Shown here one piece after another: positions 37,662 through 47,707 of a DNA stretch of 64,000 nucleotides. The stretch comes from Archaeoglobus sp. JdFR-37 (lineage in GTDB: Archaea > Halobacteriota > Archaeoglobi > Archaeoglobales > Archaeoglobaceae). The translations under genes were made by a program, and so were the position numbers. The stretch is from the NCBI GenBank assembly GCA_002010215.1, contig MTMY01000004.1, positions 62,001 through 126,000 of the forward strand, read 5' to 3'. The notes under the pieces are model-generated. The model saw nothing but the letters and a program-made list of their open reading frames with translations. It ran no database searches and was not told where the DNA came from. Within the stretch, counting starts at the first letter, position 1. Each line of letters opens with the position of its first letter.

Positions 37662-38624
37662 ATGAGTCTGAGGTCTCTTTATGTTCCCAAGCCCATACTC
37701 ATCTTTTTCGCAGTCTTTGCAATCCTGCCGCTGATATCAAGCAATCCCTATCATGTCCGAATTTTCACGATAGTGGTGCTGTACGCATCCTTTGTCTATG
37801 CTGCAAACATTATAATCGGGGAAAGCAGACAGCTGTTTCTCTGCATGAGCGCTCTGGCAGGTATATCTGCCTACACGTCTTCTATTCTTTCACTTTTCTT
37901 TGGAATCAACCCCTGGCTCACGATTCCTGCTGGAATACTTTTTTCGGCAGCAGTTGGAGCGCTGCTGAGCTACGTTTCCATTGTCAGGGGACTTGGAGAG
38001 ATTTTTGTGGCAATTGTTACTCTCACTTTCTCCCTGATCTTTGAAAACGTCATACTGGGTTTGAGATGGCTCACCATGGGGGAGACCGGACTCGTCACAC
38101 CTGTCCTTTGGTGGCCTTTTCAGGAAATCGCAGGAAAGAGGGTTGCCAGTTACTACACCATACTCATTTTCACCCTTCTTGTCTCAATCCTCTACGCAAA
38201 TCTTGTCAGATCAAGGCTGGGAATTGCCCTTAGGGCAATAAGAAGTGACAGGGTGTCTGCAGAAGTTGTCGGTATAGATGTCACAAGATATAACGTAATC
38301 GCCGCATCTATCGGTTCCGGAATTCTTGCCCTAGGTGGAGCCTTTTATGGTTATTTCAACGGAATGGTCTCCCCCGGAGTATTCTCACTTTCTGTAGATA
38401 TCGCAATAATCCTGATGCTGGTACTTGGAGGGATCAGAACGCTTTATGGCCCCCTGATCGGGTCTGTTGCCATCGTCTTCGTCCTTGAGACCACCAGGGG
38501 ACTGGGACAGCTCACCCTCACATTTCTCGGAATACTGCTGGTGGTCCTTATCTTGACTTTCAGGGAGGGGATATCTTCGATTATCCAGAGGGCCGCCGTC
38601 AAATTAAGTGGACAGGGCCAGTAA
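37662..38624 (+). CDS. livM: Liv-type ABC permease
   Basis: AYTS, SRLGIALRAIRSD, LGG..TLYGP..G. Confidence 0.92.
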   Translation: MSLRSLYVPKPILIFFAVFAILPLISSNPYHVRIFTIVVLYASFVYAANIIIGESRQLFLCMSALAGISAYTSSILSLFFGINPWLTIPAGILFSAAVGALLSYVSIVRGLGEIFVAIVTLTFSLIFENVILGLRWLTMGETGLVTPVLWWPFQEIAGKRVASYYTILIFTLLVSILYANLVRSRLGIALRAIRSDRVSAEVVGIDVTRYNVIAASIGSGILALGGAFYGYFNGMVSPGVFSLSVDIAIILMLVLGGIRTLYGPLIGSVAIVFVLETTRGLGQLTLTFLGILLVVLILTFREGISSIIQRAAVKLSGQGQ

Positions 38625-39440
38625 TCTGAGAGCGTTCCCTCCAAGTATTTTTCTCTTTGCACTGTTGCTTACCGGAAGGGCTCTGATTTGCCTTATATTC
38701 TCCGCTATGTCTGCTGCAGGAAAATCTGAGCCGAATATGATTTTGTCTGCCAGCTCCTCAAGATTTGGAATGTATTCCAGCAGTTTCTTTGGAGGCAATC
38801 CTGCAATCTCAAGGTAGACATTCTCGTGAATCCTGGCGAGCATTGTTGCCGTCTGATACCACATACCCCTCCCTGAATGGGAAAGGACAATTTTGAGATC
38901 TGGAAAGTCAACTGCTACATCGTCAATATATATGGGGTCAGCATACTTCTGCCTGACGTTTTTGAAGACGGATGTGCCGGTATGAAACATAACAGGGATG
39001 TCAAGCTCTTCAGCCTTCTCATACAGCCTGTACATTCGAGATTCGTTTGGATAGAAGAACATGTAGGACGGCAGGAGCTTAAGCCCCCTGCAGCCAAGCT
39101 CATATGCCTCCTCAAGCTCTCCCACCATGTCCGGTGAGGTATTGGGATTGATGGAGGCAAATGGGATCAGCCTGTCGCTCTCGCTGCAGAATTCGGCCAC
39201 GTATCTGTTACTCACAATTCCGGTTACTGCAGGGGCGTTTTCGGCAAGAACAACGCCATACTCAACGCCGACATCATCAAGAATTCTGAGCAGTTCGTGG
39301 GTTTTCAGGGGTTTTGACGCATATGCTTTCGGATTTACTTTTCTGAGAAATTCCATCACCCAAGGGTGCCAGGGTTCCTGAAAAACGTGGATGTGGAAGT
39401 CGATGATGGGGCTTGAAGTTTCTAAAGCCATGTCTCCCAT
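38604..39440 (-). CDS. Amidohydrolase_2-family metal-dependent hydrolase/decarboxylase
   Basis: IIDFHIH, GLKL, FHTG, LSHSG, FGSDFP, ILGGNA. Confidence 0.9.
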   Translation of the reverse strand: MGDMALETSSPIIDFHIHVFQEPWHPWVMEFLRKVNPKAYASKPLKTHELLRILDDVGVEYGVVLAENAPAVTGIVSNRYVAEFCSESDRLIPFASINPNTSPDMVGELEEAYELGCRGLKLLPSYMFFYPNESRMYRLYEKAEELDIPVMFHTGTSVFKNVRQKYADPIYIDDVAVDFPDLKIVLSHSGRGMWYQTATMLARIHENVYLEIAGLPPKKLLEYIPNLEELADKIIFGSDFPAADIAENIRQIRALPVSNSAKRKILGGNALRLLALST

Positions 39441-39499
39441 GAGGTGACGGGATCAGAAGTGGTAAAAAAGCTTTTGAAATTACCATCCAATTTCCAGAC

Positions 39500-40411
39500 A
39501 TGTATGAATACCCACCCTACCGACCGCCCAGCGAAGCTCACAGCGTGCTGATAAGAGTTACCCGGGGCTGTCCGTGGAACCGTTGCGCATTTTGCGGGAT
39601 GTACAAAGATACCAGGTTCGAAATCAGGCCCCTTGATGAGATTAAAGCTGATATTGAGGTTGCCAGACGTATATATCATGCCAGAACAGTTTTCCTTGGG
39701 GATTCTGACAACCTCGTTCATCCTCAGCTTGAGGAAGTGCTGGATTGCATAACAAAAGCCTTCAGGCCTGAGCGGATAACGAGCTATGCCAGAGCGAAAA
39801 CAGTCGCTGAAATGCCCATGGAAAGGCTGTCCATTCTCAGGCAGAAGGAGCTCACCAGGCTTCACTTCGGGCTGGAGAGCGGGGATAGAGAGGTTCTGGA
39901 TGAAATAAAGAAGGGCATCACTCCAGAAGAGGCAATTAGAGCTGGGAAAAAGGCGAAAAAGGCGGGATTTGAAGTTTCCGAGTATGTCATCGTGGGCATA
40001 GGCGGCGAAAGGTGGCGGGAACATGCAGAGAATACGGCAAAGGCACTCAACAAAATAAAGCCGGATTTTATCAGGCTGAGAACCATAACTGTGGTTCCAG
40101 GCACACTTCTTCATTGGAGAATGAAGAAAGGGCTGTTCAGACCCACCCCACCTCTCGAGAGGCTTAAAGAAGTGATAGCGCTTGTTGAGAACCTGAATTG
40201 CGAGACATGGCTATTTTCCGATCACGTGTCAAACTATCTGTGGAGCGATGCAGGCGTAATATTCTCAGGAGTCGGTGGCAGACTTCCCGATGATAAGCAG
40301 AAGATTCTTGAAGAGCTTGAAGATGCATTGAGAATTGCAGAGCATTTAAGCCAGTCAGGAAAGCTCTATGACTCAAACCACATGTTCGCCAGAGGTTTCA
40401 TCATGCTTTGA
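39500..40411 (+). CDS. Radical SAM protein
   Basis: YRPPSEA, GCPWNRCAFC, FLGD, GLESG, SDH.SN. Confidence 0.9.
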   Translation: MYEYPPYRPPSEAHSVLIRVTRGCPWNRCAFCGMYKDTRFEIRPLDEIKADIEVARRIYHARTVFLGDSDNLVHPQLEEVLDCITKAFRPERITSYARAKTVAEMPMERLSILRQKELTRLHFGLESGDREVLDEIKKGITPEEAIRAGKKAKKAGFEVSEYVIVGIGGERWREHAENTAKALNKIKPDFIRLRTITVVPGTLLHWRMKKGLFRPTPPLERLKEVIALVENLNCETWLFSDHVSNYLWSDAGVIFSGVGGRLPDDKQKILEELEDALRIAEHLSQSGKLYDSNHMFARGFIML

Positions 40412-40581
40412 GATTTTTTTAAGGTATTCAAACCTTGAACATTGTTTGCCCCTTGTTTACCCCTTTGTTTCCTTCCTCACTCCCCCATCTCCCTGCCAAT
40501 CTTAAAATTTATTGACCCAGACGTCAAGACGTCACCAGATTATCTCCAAGTCAAGAGCCGCACCTCCAGGAGGTGGTAGCA

Positions 40582-41691
40582 ATGAAGATTGTTCACGTTT
40601 CCGACCTCCATTTTGGTGAAGAGCTAGTTCACGGCAAGGTGAGAAGGCTGTTAAGCAGATAAACCAGCTTGAGCCGGATCTTGTGGTACTTACGGGCGAC
40701 ATAACCTGCTGGAGAACCCATTCTGAGATGAGGAATGCCTATGAAGCGTTATCGAACCTCCAGCCAGAAGTAATTGCTGTGCCGGAAAATCATGACGCCA
40801 GAAACATCGGATATGAATACTTTGAACTCTATTTCGGAAAGACCAAGAAGTACATAAAGACCGATAGCTGCATAATAGTTGCTGCTGATAGTACCCAGCC
40901 AGACCTTGATGAGGGCTACCTTGGACTTGAGCAGCGAGAATGGGGTTCAGGAAAATCTCAGAGGTGATAAAACCAACATTCTTGTGCTGCACCACCACAT
41001 TGTTCCCATTCCAGAAACAGGCAGGGAGAGAAACGATCTGATAGATGCCGGAGAGGTTGTTGAACTCCTCATAAGGAATGGGGTTGCTCTGATGCTTGCA
41101 GGACACAGACACGTGCCCTATTCCATCAGGTTGATGCGTACTCACATAATCCATGCGGGAACTCTGGGCTCATTTAAGGTGCTGGGGATGCCCGACCAGA
41201 ACTGCAACATCATGGATATGGACGACGAGTTCATAACTCTGAAGCTGAAGTTCGTGGACTTAGGCGAGGTGGAGGTTGGCAAATACACAATTAAGACGGA
41301 TGTGCCTGAGTCAGTGGATATCTATCACAGAATTGCAAAGCCCAAGAAAGTTCTCTTTGTTTCAAAGGATGACGCATGCAGAACCAGAATTGCTGAGGCT
41401 ATATTCAATAAAATCTCACCAAACAACATGCTTGCTCTGAGTGCAGGCCTGAAAGCATCGGAAATGAGCCCCATGGCCATTGAAGTCCTGAGAGAAATGA
41501 GAATCAATACGGGAAATCGGAAAGGGAGACAAATGACGCAGGAGCAGTTCAGGGAGTTCGATTATGTCATATCTTTCGACCCGGATATTGATGCGAATGA
41601 ACACTAGGATATACCGAAACCAAAGGACCTTGATGAATGCAGGAAGATCAGGAACCTCATCAAAAAAAGGATTGAAGAGCTTAATTCCTAG
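40582..41691 (+). pseudogene. Metallophosphoesterase fused to an LMW-PTP/ArsC-like domain, disrupted
   Basis: MKIVHVSDLH, TGD, (G>E)NHD, HHH, GHRH, then LFVS...CRT.IAEA; frameshifts near 40645 and 40940; TAG at 41605 where HWDIP is expected. Confidence 0.82.
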
Positions 41692-41728
41692 GATAATAGT
41701 TTAAAATTAAAAAATAATAAAGTAAAAA

Positions 41729-43471
41729 TTATCTGCGCCTTCTCAGCAGATAAGTGGCTGCCATAACTCCAGCAATCACTGCAATGACTCCAAATCCCGG
41801 AGTCTTCTTTTCTTCTTTCACTTCTGGAGTAGCTTCTGGTGTGGCTGTCTTTTCAGGTGTCTTTTCGGGCTTTGCTTCTTCCTTGGTCTTTCCAGTCAGT
41901 GCCTCATAGTACTTGGACTGCTTCAGGTGCTCCTCAGCTTTCTTCAAGTCAAATTCGTAGAGAGGCACATTGTCAGAGTACCCCAGCAAGCCCTTCGGGA
42001 TTGGGCTTCTAAGCCTTATTGCGTAGCCATAGAGTGCCTGCTCAATGAACTCATCGTAGGGGAATGCGTAGGTGAAGGCTTTTCTGACGTTTACATCATC
42101 AAAGGGTGGCAGATCATTCACCAAGCCAATATACTGGATGACCAAGCTGTCACCGAATACAACCCTGACATTCTCCTGTCCCTGAACTTCCTTGACGTGA
42201 AGTGTGTCAGTTGTAACCAAGTCTGCATCACCCTTTAGAAGCATGAGCTTTCTGGTCTCCCACTCTGGGACATTTCTGATTATAACTGTCTTGACATGGT
42301 TGCCATCCCAGCCCTTCCAGTAGTTGTCATATGCTTCCAGATGAATCAGCTCTCCCTGTTTCCACTCCACAAGCTTGTACGGACCCGTTCCGACAGCGTT
42401 CTTGGTCATCCACTCGTTAGTCTGACCCTCTACCACGCCGCCATGCTCCTCAACAGTCTCCTTGTCAACAATAGCAGCCACAGGAGTTGCAAGGACAAAC
42501 TTGAAACCAGCATAGGGTTCCTTGAGGTATATCTTCACTGTGTAATCATCAACCTTCTCCACCTTGTCAACAAAGTCAGCAAGCATCCAAGCTGGGTCTT
42601 GATTCATTTTGATAACTCTCTCAATGCTGTAGACCACATCGTCTGCAGTAAGCGGGTTGCCGTTGTGGAATGTAACACCCTTCCTCAGCTTGAATGTCCA
42701 AACGAGGCCGTCATCGCTAACGGTGTAGCTTTCTGCCAGAAGCGGAACTACTTCCTTGGAGCTCTCGGGCTTGTAGGTCAGCAGTGTTTCATAAATCTGG
42801 CTTATAACTCCCCAGCTTGCAGAGTCGTATGCGAATGCTGGATCAAGGCTTTCAGGTTCACCATATGTTGCGTAAACGAATGTGTCAGGCTGGTTTGCAT
42901 CACTGCTCTTCCAGAGGTCGTAATATCTTATCTGGCTTTCACCCCATATGGGGTTATAGTAAACTCCGTTCAGCCAAGTTCTGTAGGTAAGTATGGCCTT
43001 CGGCTGGTAGAGTGGAACCCATGGAGCATCTTCGTATATTTTCATTGAGGCTTGCTCGTAGAGCTTCTGTCTCTCGCTATCATCAAGAGTCTTTCTTGCT
43101 TCCATTATCAAGTTGTCAACCTCGGTATTCTTGTAGTGAACCCAGTTGTTAGCTGCTTTGCTGTAGAACAGCGGGTAGATATAGTCATCAGGGTCACCGT
43201 AGTCAGGAGCCCAGCCCAAGAAGAAGACGTTGTATTCACCATTTCTCAAACCTTTCAGCAGCGTTGGCCAGTCGAGTTCGAGCACTTCCACATTTTTGAT
43301 GCCCAGCTGTTTCAGATTGTCCGCAAGAAGAAGAGCTGCAGTCTTCCTGACTTCATTTCCTTGGTTGTATACTATTGTAATTTTCACTTCTTCCTGTGCA
43401 GTCGCTGGAATTGCTAAAGACGCCACAATAGCGGCCATCAATACCATTAACAACAGTTTTCTAGGTACCAT
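41729..43471 (-). CDS. dppA: Peptide/nickel ABC substrate-binding protein (family 5), PGF-CTERM anchored, circularly permuted
   Basis: Signal peptide; SLDPA, IYETL, PLLAES, GTGPY, VRKA; TPGF-TM-RRRR C-terminus. Confidence 0.92.
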   Translation of the reverse strand: MVPRKLLLMVLMAAIVASLAIPATAQEEVKITIVYNQGNEVRKTAALLLADNLKQLGIKNVEVLELDWPTLLKGLRNGEYNVFFLGWAPDYGDPDDYIYPLFYSKAANNWVHYKNTEVDNLIMEARKTLDDSERQKLYEQASMKIYEDAPWVPLYQPKAILTYRTWLNGVYYNPIWGESQIRYYDLWKSSDANQPDTFVYATYGEPESLDPAFAYDSASWGVISQIYETLLTYKPESSKEVVPLLAESYTVSDDGLVWTFKLRKGVTFHNGNPLTADDVVYSIERVIKMNQDPAWMLADFVDKVEKVDDYTVKIYLKEPYAGFKFVLATPVAAIVDKETVEEHGGVVEGQTNEWMTKNAVGTGPYKLVEWKQGELIHLEAYDNYWKGWDGNHVKTVIIRNVPEWETRKLMLLKGDADLVTTDTLHVKEVQGQENVRVVFGDSLVIQYIGLVNDLPPFDDVNVRKAFTYAFPYDEFIEQALYGYAIRLRSPIPKGLLGYSDNVPLYEFDLKKAEEHLKQSKYYEALTGKTKEEAKPEKTPEKTATPEATPEVKEEKKTPGFGVIAVIAGVMAATYLLRRRR

Positions 43472-43512
43472 GGTAGAAAGAGAACCAAGAAATATTTACC
43501 ATTTTCGTTTAA

Positions 43513-43647
43513 TTATTTCCAAAATAATACGGTATAAAGATAAATCACTAGAAGTATTATCAATATTAATATGAATGGAATGGCGATGGTTTGAAAGGCT
43601 GCCAGTATCAGGGCGATGTAATCACTTTTATCAGGTTTTATTCCCAT
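43513..43647 (-). CDS. Unannotated 44-aa membrane protein inside the peptide ABC operon
   Basis: MGIKPDKSDYIALILAAFQTIAIPFILILIILLVIYLYTVLFWK; GAGGAG RBS; fills the gap between dppF and dppA. Confidence 0.65.
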   Translation of the reverse strand: MGIKPDKSDYIALILAAFQTIAIPFILILIILLVIYLYTVLFWK

Positions 43648-43697
43648 GATGAGTCTCTCCTCAATACTAACCTCTATACTAATCTCCCAATACTAGC

Positions 43698-44687
43698 TCA
43701 GTAGAGGTGGCAAGCCACCAGATGGCTACTGTCACCCTTCAGAGCTGGCTCTTCCGTTCTGCAGATGTCCATGGCATGAGGACATCTCGGATGGAATCTG
43801 CAGCCTGATGGAGGATTGATGGGACTCGGAACATCTCCGTGAATGGCTGCCCCTTTTCCCCTGAACTTTGGATCTGGAATAGGAATAGATTCAAAGAGGG
43901 CTTTCGTGTAGGGGTGGAGAGTTTCAGCTATGACGCTTTCAGCTTCCCCTACCTCCACCAGTTTTCCAAGATACATGACACCGATGGTATCAGACATATA
44001 TTCCACAACGCTCAGGTCGTGGGATATGAAGAGGTACGTGAGATTGAACTCGCTCTGCAGATCTTTTAGCAGGTTGAGTATCTGTGCCTGTACGGAAACG
44101 TCCAGAGCAGATGTGGGTTCATCAAGTACTATGAAATCTGGTCTCAAAGCCAGGGCTCTGGCAATATTGATCCTCTGCCTTTGTCCACCACTGAACTCGT
44201 GGGGATAGCGGTAGAGATGCTCCTTCTTGAGCCCTACAACTTCCAGAAGTTCAAGAACTGTATCCTCAATCTCGCTATCGCTCTGGTTTGTGTGGATGAC
44301 AAGCGGTTCTCCTACTATATCCTTGATGGTCATTCTTGGATTGAGAGAAGCGAAGGGGTCCTGGAAAACAAACTGAATGTGCCTTCTGATCCCCCTGAAC
44401 TCTTTCTGAGAGATGTGGGTGATATCCATCCCTTTGAAGATTATCCTCCCACTATCAGGTTCGATGAGCCTACCAACCGTCCTTCCTAACGTTGTCTTCC
44501 CGCATCCCGACTCCCCAACCAGCCCAAAAGTCTCCTTCTTCCTGATGGAGAGTGAGACATCATCAACTGCCCTCACGTAAGCTACTGGCCTCTTGAAGAA
44601 ACCTCCCAGTATTGGGAAGTACTTCTTCAGGTTTTCAACCCTTAATATCTCGTCTCCCGCCTCAGCGGTATAGGTGACATCTGACAT
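43698..44687 (-). CDS. dppF: Oligopeptide ABC ATPase
   Basis: [33 protein letters not shown]. Confidence 0.95.
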   Translation of the reverse strand: MSDVTYTAEAGDEILRVENLKKYFPILGGFFKRPVAYVRAVDDVSLSIRKKETFGLVGESGCGKTTLGRTVGRLIEPDSGRIIFKGMDITHISQKEFRGIRRHIQFVFQDPFASLNPRMTIKDIVGEPLVIHTNQSDSEIEDTVLELLEVVGLKKEHLYRYPHEFSGGQRQRINIARALALRPDFIVLDEPTSALDVSVQAQILNLLKDLQSEFNLTYLFISHDLSVVEYMSDTIGVMYLGKLVEVGEAESVIAETLHPYTKALFESIPIPDPKFRGKGAAIHGDVPSPINPPSGCRFHPRCPHAMDICRTEEPALKGDSSHLVACHLY

Positions 44688-45654
44688 AGTGTCCAGGCTC
44701 AAGTTCTATCAACTCCGGTTTTTCTTTTCTGCAAATATCCATTACATGGGGACATCTTGGATGGAACCTGCATCCTGGCGGAGGATACAGGAGGTTTGGA
44801 ACACTTCCGGGAATTTCCTCGAGTCTTGTCTGTTTACCCTTCCCAAACACAGGGATTGCGTTAAACAACCCCTGAGTGTAAGGATGATACCTTTTTTCGA
44901 ATATGACGGAAGTCGTGCCAAGCTCCACGATGTTACCAGCATACATAACTGCAACCCTGTCGCTCATCTCTGCAACGACTCCAAGGTCGTGGGTTATTAG
45001 GAGTATTGAAGTACCCATGTTTTTCTGAAGCTCGTTCATTAAGTTTATTATCTGGGCTTGGACTGTAACGTCTAGAGCCGTTGTTGGCTCATCAGCGATC
45101 AGGAGAGAGGGGTTACAAGAAAGGGCCATTGCTATAACGATTCTCTGCCTCTGTCCTCCGCTGAACTCGTGAGGATATTTGGTCATAGCGTTTTCAGCGT
45201 CGGGAATTCTCACCCTCTCCAGCATTTTAAGGGCAATATTATAAGCTTCTTCTTTACTTACCTTCTGGTTCAAGGCGATGGTCTCAACAAGCTGGTCACC
45301 AACTGTGAAAACGGGATTGAGAGATGTCATGGGCTCCTGAAAGATCATGGAGATTTTCTTCCCTCTGTACTCTAGCATTTCCTTTTCTGGGATCTTCAGC
45401 AAATCTACACCATTGAAAAGAATCTCCCCCCCTTCGATTTTTCCAGGAGGTGTGGGGATGAGCCTGAGGATTGCCCTAGCAGTAACAGATTTACCGCATC
45501 CCGTCTCACCAACCAAGGCGAAGGTTTCATTAGGATGAATGTCAAAGCTAACCCCATCTATCGCCTTCACCACTCCTTCATAGGTGTAGAAGTTTATGTA
45601 GAGTTCATTTACTCTCAGCAGTTTCTCTATATCTCCTGTAGATACCGTATCCAT
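44662..45654 (-). CDS. dppD: Oligopeptide ABC ATPase
   Basis: [34 protein letters not shown]. Confidence 0.95.
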   Translation of the reverse strand: MDTVSTGDIEKLLRVNELYINFYTYEGVVKAIDGVSFDIHPNETFALVGETGCGKSVTARAILRLIPTPPGKIEGGEILFNGVDLLKIPEKEMLEYRGKKISMIFQEPMTSLNPVFTVGDQLVETIALNQKVSKEEAYNIALKMLERVRIPDAENAMTKYPHEFSGGQRQRIVIAMALSCNPSLLIADEPTTALDVTVQAQIINLMNELQKNMGTSILLITHDLGVVAEMSDRVAVMYAGNIVELGTTSVIFEKRYHPYTQGLFNAIPVFGKGKQTRLEEIPGSVPNLLYPPPGCRFHPRCPHVMDICRKEKPELIELEPGHYVRCHLYR

Positions 45655-45658
45655 ACCT

Positions 45659-46543
45659 TTACCTCCTCAACCTCGGATCCAAGATGTCTCTCAGCCCATC
45701 ACCGAGCAGGTTAAAGCCTAGTACAGTTATGAAGATTGCAAGACCAGGGAAGGTTATCGTCCACCAGGCTGTTGTCATGTAATTCCTCCCTTCTGCCACC
45801 ATCCTCCCCCATTCTGGCGTGTTTGGCCCGGCCCCAAACCCTATGAAACTCAGACCTGCTGCAACCAGTATGACTGCTCCCAGATCAAGGGTCATCTGAA
45901 CTAAGAGGGGAGCAAGGCTGTTGGGGAGTATGTGCTTGAACATGATTCTTCTGTTTGAAGCACCCAGACTTCTGGCTGCTTCAACGAACTGAGATTCCAC
46001 CAGAGACAAAACCGATGACCTGACAATCCTCACATAAGCCGGCCACCAGACAAAGGTAACTGCAAGCATTGTCGTATATATGCTTCTTGTCTGCAGTGCT
46101 GCGGAGATGGCCATGGCGAGAATGAGGGAAGGAATTGCAAAGAACATATCAGTAATCCTCATGAGTATTTCATCAATCCATCCCCTGAAGTAGCCAGCGA
46201 TGAGGCCAAGAACTGTTCCTATGGCTGTAGCAAAGAAGACTACTGTGAAACCTATCTGGAGGCTTATCCTGCTCCCCCATATCACTCTGCTGAAGATGTC
46301 CCTGCCCAAGTCATCAGTGCCAAAAGGATGGTCTTTGGATGGCGGCTTCAGCCTAGCAAGAATATTGGTCTTCTCAGGATCGTAGGGAGCAATATAGGGT
46401 GCAAAAACGGCAACCAAGATGAGTATAAGGATTATCAACGCTCCAAGAATGGTCAGAGGGCTGTTTCTCACCAGAAAGAGTGAATACTTTATTTCCTTAA
46501 TCTTCGCATCGTGCTTCTCCTTGAAATCTGTTACTCGCTCCAT
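45659..46543 (-). CDS. dppC: Oligopeptide ABC permease
   Basis: HPFGTDDLGRD, EAARSLGA, LSFIG.G..PEWG. Confidence 0.95.
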   Translation of the reverse strand: MERVTDFKEKHDAKIKEIKYSLFLVRNSPLTILGALIILILILVAVFAPYIAPYDPEKTNILARLKPPSKDHPFGTDDLGRDIFSRVIWGSRISLQIGFTVVFFATAIGTVLGLIAGYFRGWIDEILMRITDMFFAIPSLILAMAISAALQTRSIYTTMLAVTFVWWPAYVRIVRSSVLSLVESQFVEAARSLGASNRRIMFKHILPNSLAPLLVQMTLDLGAVILVAAGLSFIGFGAGPNTPEWGRMVAEGRNYMTTAWWTITFPGLAIFITVLGFNLLGDGLRDILDPRLRR

Positions 46544-46577
46544 CGTCTCACCTTTACACCTTCACATATCTCTCCAA

Positions 46578-47606
46578 TCAGCCGTACCTTATTCTGGGAT
46601 CAATTATGGCGTAAAGTATATCCACCAGCAGGTTTACAATGACAAAAACCAAGGCTATCAGGATTGTACCACCCATGAGAGCAGGGAAATCTAGAGTATT
46701 TATTGTCCCAACCATATACCTTCCAATTCCGGGCCAGTAGAAGACCGTCTCTGTCAGAACTGCTCCAGCAAGCAGGCCACCAAACGAGAGGCCAACGACA
46801 GTGACTGTTGGTATCATCGCATTTCTCAGCGCATGCTTGTATATCACCACCCTTTCCGGCAGCCCTCTGGCTCTAGCAAATTCAATGTAATCCTGCCGTA
46901 TGACTTCCAGCATGCTGCTCCGCGTCATCCTAGCAATGATGGCTGCGGTGGCGTAAGCCAAAGTAAATCCAGGAAGGATGAGGTGCTGTAGGGCATCAAA
47001 GAAAACATCAAACCTACCCTGGATTAATGAATCGATCAGATACATGTTAGTGTAGGTCTTGAACTCGCTGCTGATGTACACCTGGGTATTGACCCTGCCT
47101 CCGGGGTCAGGAACCAGACCAAGATAATAATAAACCACCAGCTGGAGAATTAAGCCGAGCCAGAAGATTGGCATTGAGTAGCCTGAAAGTGCAAAGATTC
47201 GAGTTGAATGGTCAACAGGGCTATCTTTTTTGATAGCTGACAAAACACCAAGCGGAATTCCGATGAGTATTGCCAGAGCAATGGCAAAGATTGTAAGTTC
47301 GAGAGTTGCGGGGAAGTAGGTTTTGATGTCTTCGATGACTGGTCTTCCTGTGACTGGTGAGATTCCTAAATCGCCCCTGACAAGATCGCTTAGAAAAATG
47401 ACATACTGTTTCCATATAGGTTCGTTGAGGTGGTATAGCTGCCTGATCTGCTCAACTTGCTCCGGCCTAGCTCTGGCTCCACCAGCCCATACTAAAGCTG
47501 GGTCTGCAGGAACAACATGGGAAATGAAGAAAACGATAAGGGTTACACCAAGTATTGTTGGTATAGCAAGCAACAATCTTCTGGCAATATAGCTCTTCAG
47601 ATCCAT
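46578..47606 (-). CDS. dppB: Oligopeptide ABC permease
   Basis: GDLG.S, PATLEL, ARARGL, HALRNA, DPRIR. Confidence 0.95.
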   Translation of the reverse strand: MDLKSYIARRLLLAIPTILGVTLIVFFISHVVPADPALVWAGGARARPEQVEQIRQLYHLNEPIWKQYVIFLSDLVRGDLGISPVTGRPVIEDIKTYFPATLELTIFAIALAILIGIPLGVLSAIKKDSPVDHSTRIFALSGYSMPIFWLGLILQLVVYYYLGLVPDPGGRVNTQVYISSEFKTYTNMYLIDSLIQGRFDVFFDALQHLILPGFTLAYATAAIIARMTRSSMLEVIRQDYIEFARARGLPERVVIYKHALRNAMIPTVTVVGLSFGGLLAGAVLTETVFYWPGIGRYMVGTINTLDFPALMGGTILIALVFVIVNLLVDILYAIIDPRIRYG

Positions 47607-47707
47607 TATGATTCGTTGAAATGCTGTCGATGTTTAAAATTTTTCCATGGTATGCTATGGCAAATCTTGGATTGTCTTACCAAAATCGGCTAGCATCCAA
47701 CCATCAT

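Noticed and set aside
16230..41607. Pyrrolysine or TAG recoding suggested by in-frame TAGs at 16230, 31661 and 41605
   Set aside because: Many intact genes end in TAG (e.g. ppsA, TrmB, fqoD, fqoK), no pyl genes are present, and the 41605 TAG replaces an expected Trp in a gene with other lesions.
43664..43696. ATACTA(A) repeated three times
   Set aside because: Short and irregularly spaced, not CRISPR-like; it partly overlaps the leader of the 44-aa ORF.
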